Assembly: GCA_947625435.1 (NCBI GenBank)
Contig: CANQOI010000003.1
Location: forward strand, 1,591 to 65,590
DNA length: 64,000 nt
Direction of reading: 5' to 3'
DNA from: an uncultured Clostridia bacterium
Lineage (GTDB): Bacteria > Bacillota > Clostridia > UBA1212 > UBA1255
Below the pieces are notes generated by a model. The model saw only the letters and a list, made by a program, of their open reading frames with translations. It was not told the origin of the DNA and made no database searches. The position numbers were made by a program, and so were the translations under genes. This document shows, piece after piece, positions 61,561 to 64,000 of the stretch (the first letter of the stretch is position 1; each line of letters starts with the position of its first letter).

Positions 61561-61589
61561 TTATACTCTATACGATATGAGATGGCAAG
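61561..61589 (-). promoter_or_regulatory. sigma-A-type promoter for the S10 operon (TTGCCA, 17 nt, TATAAT)
   Basis: The minus strand reads gggcTTGCCAtctcatatcgtatagagTATAATtcg, about 310 nt upstream of the rpsJ start. Confidence 0.45.
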
Positions 61590-61828
61590 CCCTTTTTACC
61601 GGGCGCAGCGGGCTTTGGATTGTAAACTTTTTGTGAACAAACGGCGTTTCAAAATAAAGAAAGGGAGCGGCACCCTCACGTGAATTATTAGGGGAGAGAT
61701 TCACAATCGATAAAAAAGAGGTATGCACGAACTCCCATGGGCGTATGATACATCACGAATATGAATTAAAAACACTTATTAAGCTAACGAAATGTTAACT
61801 AAAACCGCTCTGTTTACGGGCATTATAT

Positions 61829-62689
61829 TCAGTCGTGCAGTCCCTTCGTTTCCCTGACCTCATTTACTATTATGAAAGCGTTCGGGTCGCACTTATCTAC
61901 TATCTTCCTTATCTGCGGGAGCTGCCTGTTATATACGATGCACCAGAGTATAGAAACGGATTTTCCTGTGTACATTCCCTCTCCCGTGAGCTTTGTGACG
62001 CCTCTTTTCATATGTTCGAGTATCTCCTGCGCCATTTCGTCCGGGTTCTCGGTGACTATATAAAGCTCCTTTGCGTAGTTGACGCCCGCTTCCACCACAT
62101 CTATTATTTTCGAAGATACGAACACTGCTATCCCGCTGTACAGCGCCGCTATGGCCGATCTGAACGTCACTGTGACTATCACGAGGAAAAGTATGTCAAA
62201 AAACAGCACGAGCTGTCCGAGAGTGAGCCAGCTCATTTTACGTTGGAGGAGACGCGCACCTATATCGGTTCCTCCCGTCGTGGCGCCGCCCCTGAATATC
62301 ATGCCGTAGCCTATCCCTATGAAAAGTCCTCCCCATATCGCGTACAGCATCGTATGTGATTCTCCCTCCGCGTAAAATATTTTATAAACACTCCGGGGAA
62401 GGTGCGTGCACAGATCTACCATGACGGAGAAGAGGAATGTGCCCACGAAGCTTTTTATCGTAAACTCCTTGCCGAGAACTTTATAGCCAAGAATAAAAAG
62501 CGGCACATTGAGTACGAGCGTCATGAGACCTACAGGGAGCAGTCCTTTCGATACGGTGTTTATTATAACGGCAAGTCCGGATATGCCTCCCGGCGCTATG
62601 TTGTTTGGCTCCAGGAACAGATTGAGCCCTACGGCCGATATAAAAGAGCCGAACAGTATCATGGCTGTTTTCATTATCTTTTTTTTCAA
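61829..62689 (-). CDS. YitT-family (DUF161/DUF2179) membrane protein
   Basis: TTG start with a GGGAGG SD at 8 nt. ...GLNLFLEPNNIAPGGISGLAVII... is the YitT pattern. The C-terminal DUF2179-like region is present. Confidence 0.75.
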   Translation of the reverse strand: MKKKIMKTAMILFGSFISAVGLNLFLEPNNIAPGGISGLAVIINTVSKGLLPVGLMTLVLNVPLFILGYKVLGKEFTIKSFVGTFLFSVMVDLCTHLPRSVYKIFYAEGESHTMLYAIWGGLFIGIGYGMIFRGGATTGGTDIGARLLQRKMSWLTLGQLVLFFDILFLVIVTVTFRSAIAALYSGIAVFVSSKIIDVVEAGVNYAKELYIVTENPDEMAQEILEHMKRGVTKLTGEGMYTGKSVSILWCIVYNRQLPQIRKIVDKCDPNAFIIVNEVRETKGLHD

Positions 62690-62847
62690 AAAAACGCCTC
62701 CCGGTACATCATCTTTTCATTCTCTATTATACATCGCGGTAAAATGCAATATGCCGCGTACGCTGTGTTATATTTTACATTAAGCGGGAGCATTTTTAAA
62801 GTAAAAATTTATTCATCAAACTGCTTTTTATTTTGCCAAAAGACAAG

Positions 62848-62876
62848 TTGCAATTAAAGTAAAACTATGCTATAAA
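62848..62876 (+). promoter_or_regulatory. sigma-A-type promoter (TTGCAA, 17 nt, TATAAA) upstream of the GH36-like gene
   Basis: The sequence reads aagacaagTTGCAAttaaagtaaaactatgcTATAAAaagacc, about 40 nt before the ATG at 62918. Confidence 0.35.
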
Positions 62877-62917
62877 AAGACCGTTGTAAAAATACTCCGA
62901 AGGATGGTAAACCCATA

Positions 62918-64000
62918 TGATCACGAAACGAGTTACCCATGTGTGTACGACCGATAAAGAAAAGCAGCTTGCAAAGGACCGTCTGTCCGAGCTGTTCGGA
63001 TCGTACGACAGACTTCCGTTTTCCTTTAAAATAGGTGATAAGGCCTATCACGGTTTCGATGACGATTTCACCTATGTTTCACGAGAGACATCGGAAGAAC
63101 ATATTACGAAAAAGCACGCATCATACTCTGTAAAGAAAACGCTTATCACCGCGCGGCACACGAGCGGCACGGAGGTAACCTGCGAATGCTCCTACTATCA
63201 TGATTATGCTGTTTTTGAATGGGTGCTGCATTTCAGGAACACGGCGGACGTGAATTCTCCCTATATAAGCTGCGTGAATGCGGCGGATACGGATTTTACG
63301 GGAGCGTCGCCTGTGCTCGAATACTTCTTCGGAGATGACTGTTCCGATCAGAAGGCTATGAAGCCCTGCACTGCCGACCTTAATACGGGTCTTGCGATGG
63401 AATTTGAGCCCTTCGGAGGACGCCCCACCAATTTTCAGCTGCCGTTTTACCGCCTTTACTGCGGCGACACGGGTGCTGTCATTTCTGTGGGCTGGGCAGG
63501 CCAGTGGAGAGCCTGTTTTGATGCCCGGAACAGGATGGGAAGCGTTCATTTTACCGCCGGTCAGGCCGAGCTCTGCGGTTATCTGAAGCCGGGTGAGGAT
63601 ATACGCACGCCACTTATAACCGTGCTGAATTTTACGAGCTGTCCGGGATACAAGGTGACTGAGATGCGCGCGCTGAACCTCTGGAGAAGATGGCTTATAG
63701 ACTGCAATCTCAAAACGATAAACGGTGAGCTGTTCCCGCCCCGCTGCGCTGCGAGCACTTCATGGATATACGGTGAAATGCGCGATGCTACAGACCGCAA
63801 TCAGGTAGAGGCGTTTGATACATATATAAACAACGGACTCGATCTCGACTTCTGGTGGATGGACGCCGGATGGTATGTGAAGGACCCTGACGGCACGCCT
63901 ATCTCAAGCTGGGTGGAAACGGGCTCGTGGTACATCGATAAGAACCGGTTCCCTAGTGAAATGTCGGATGTTTCGAAGCACTGCGCGGAGCATAACGCAA
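62918..64000 (+). CDS. glycoside hydrolase family 36-like protein (putative alpha-galactosidase), 5' partial; continues past the window end
   Basis: Manually translated open frame MITKRVTHVCTTDKEKQLAKDRLSELFGSYDRLPFSF... with no stop to position 64000. Motifs ...HFRNTADVNSPYIS..., ...EFEPFGGRPTNFQLPFY... and ...DLDFWWMDAGWY... resemble GH36 N- and catalytic-domain blocks. It is not in the ORF track because it lacks a stop. Confidence 0.5.

Noticed and set aside
1-64000. Search for tRNA, rRNA and CRISPR arrays
   Set aside because: No T-loop-like GTTCGAATC/GTTCAAATC contexts with acceptor stems were found. There are no regularly spaced direct repeats and no rRNA-like stretches. The structured non-coding segments are explained as leaders, terminators or the flagged hairpin clusters.

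Overview
The window looks like a chromosomal segment from a spore-forming Firmicute (Clostridia-like, mid-GC), read by eye from the sequence and the ORF track. The left third holds the 3' part of an LCP-family gene, a divergent NusG-paralog gene, the spoVF operon (dpaA-dpaB), a glpQ-like gene, and an AT-rich islet of about 2.7 kb. That islet carries an AbiL-like ATPase + RloB pair followed by two small overlapping ORFs, and it is the most likely accessory or defence content in the window. The left third continues with PFOR (nifJ), a split transketolase, rpiB, a DUF4143 ATPase gene remnant, a hypothetical gene, spmA-spmB and abrB. The middle holds rpoB-rpoC followed by the str operon (rpsL-rpsG-fusA-tuf, all minus strand). 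It continues with ispD, a DUF3343 gene, csoR-copA (copA has an in-frame C-terminal CopZ-like domain), glnS-gltX, an alpha/beta hydrolase, an alpha/beta-type SASP, a DUF378 gene, an unknown 244-aa protein, alr-mazE-mazF, nnr and ecfT-ecfA2-ecfA1. The right quarter is a complete S10-spc-alpha ribosomal protein supercluster (rpsJ through rplQ, including secY, adk, map, infA, rpmJ and rpoA). It is preceded by a long leader carrying a sigma-A-like promoter and a terminator-like hairpin. A YitT-family gene and the 5' part of a GH36-like glycosidase gene close the window. I recognised no rRNA, tRNA or CRISPR array. Start codons were adjusted by eye from SD spacing. Several predicted starts are TTG (the NusG paralog, rplV and the YitT gene).
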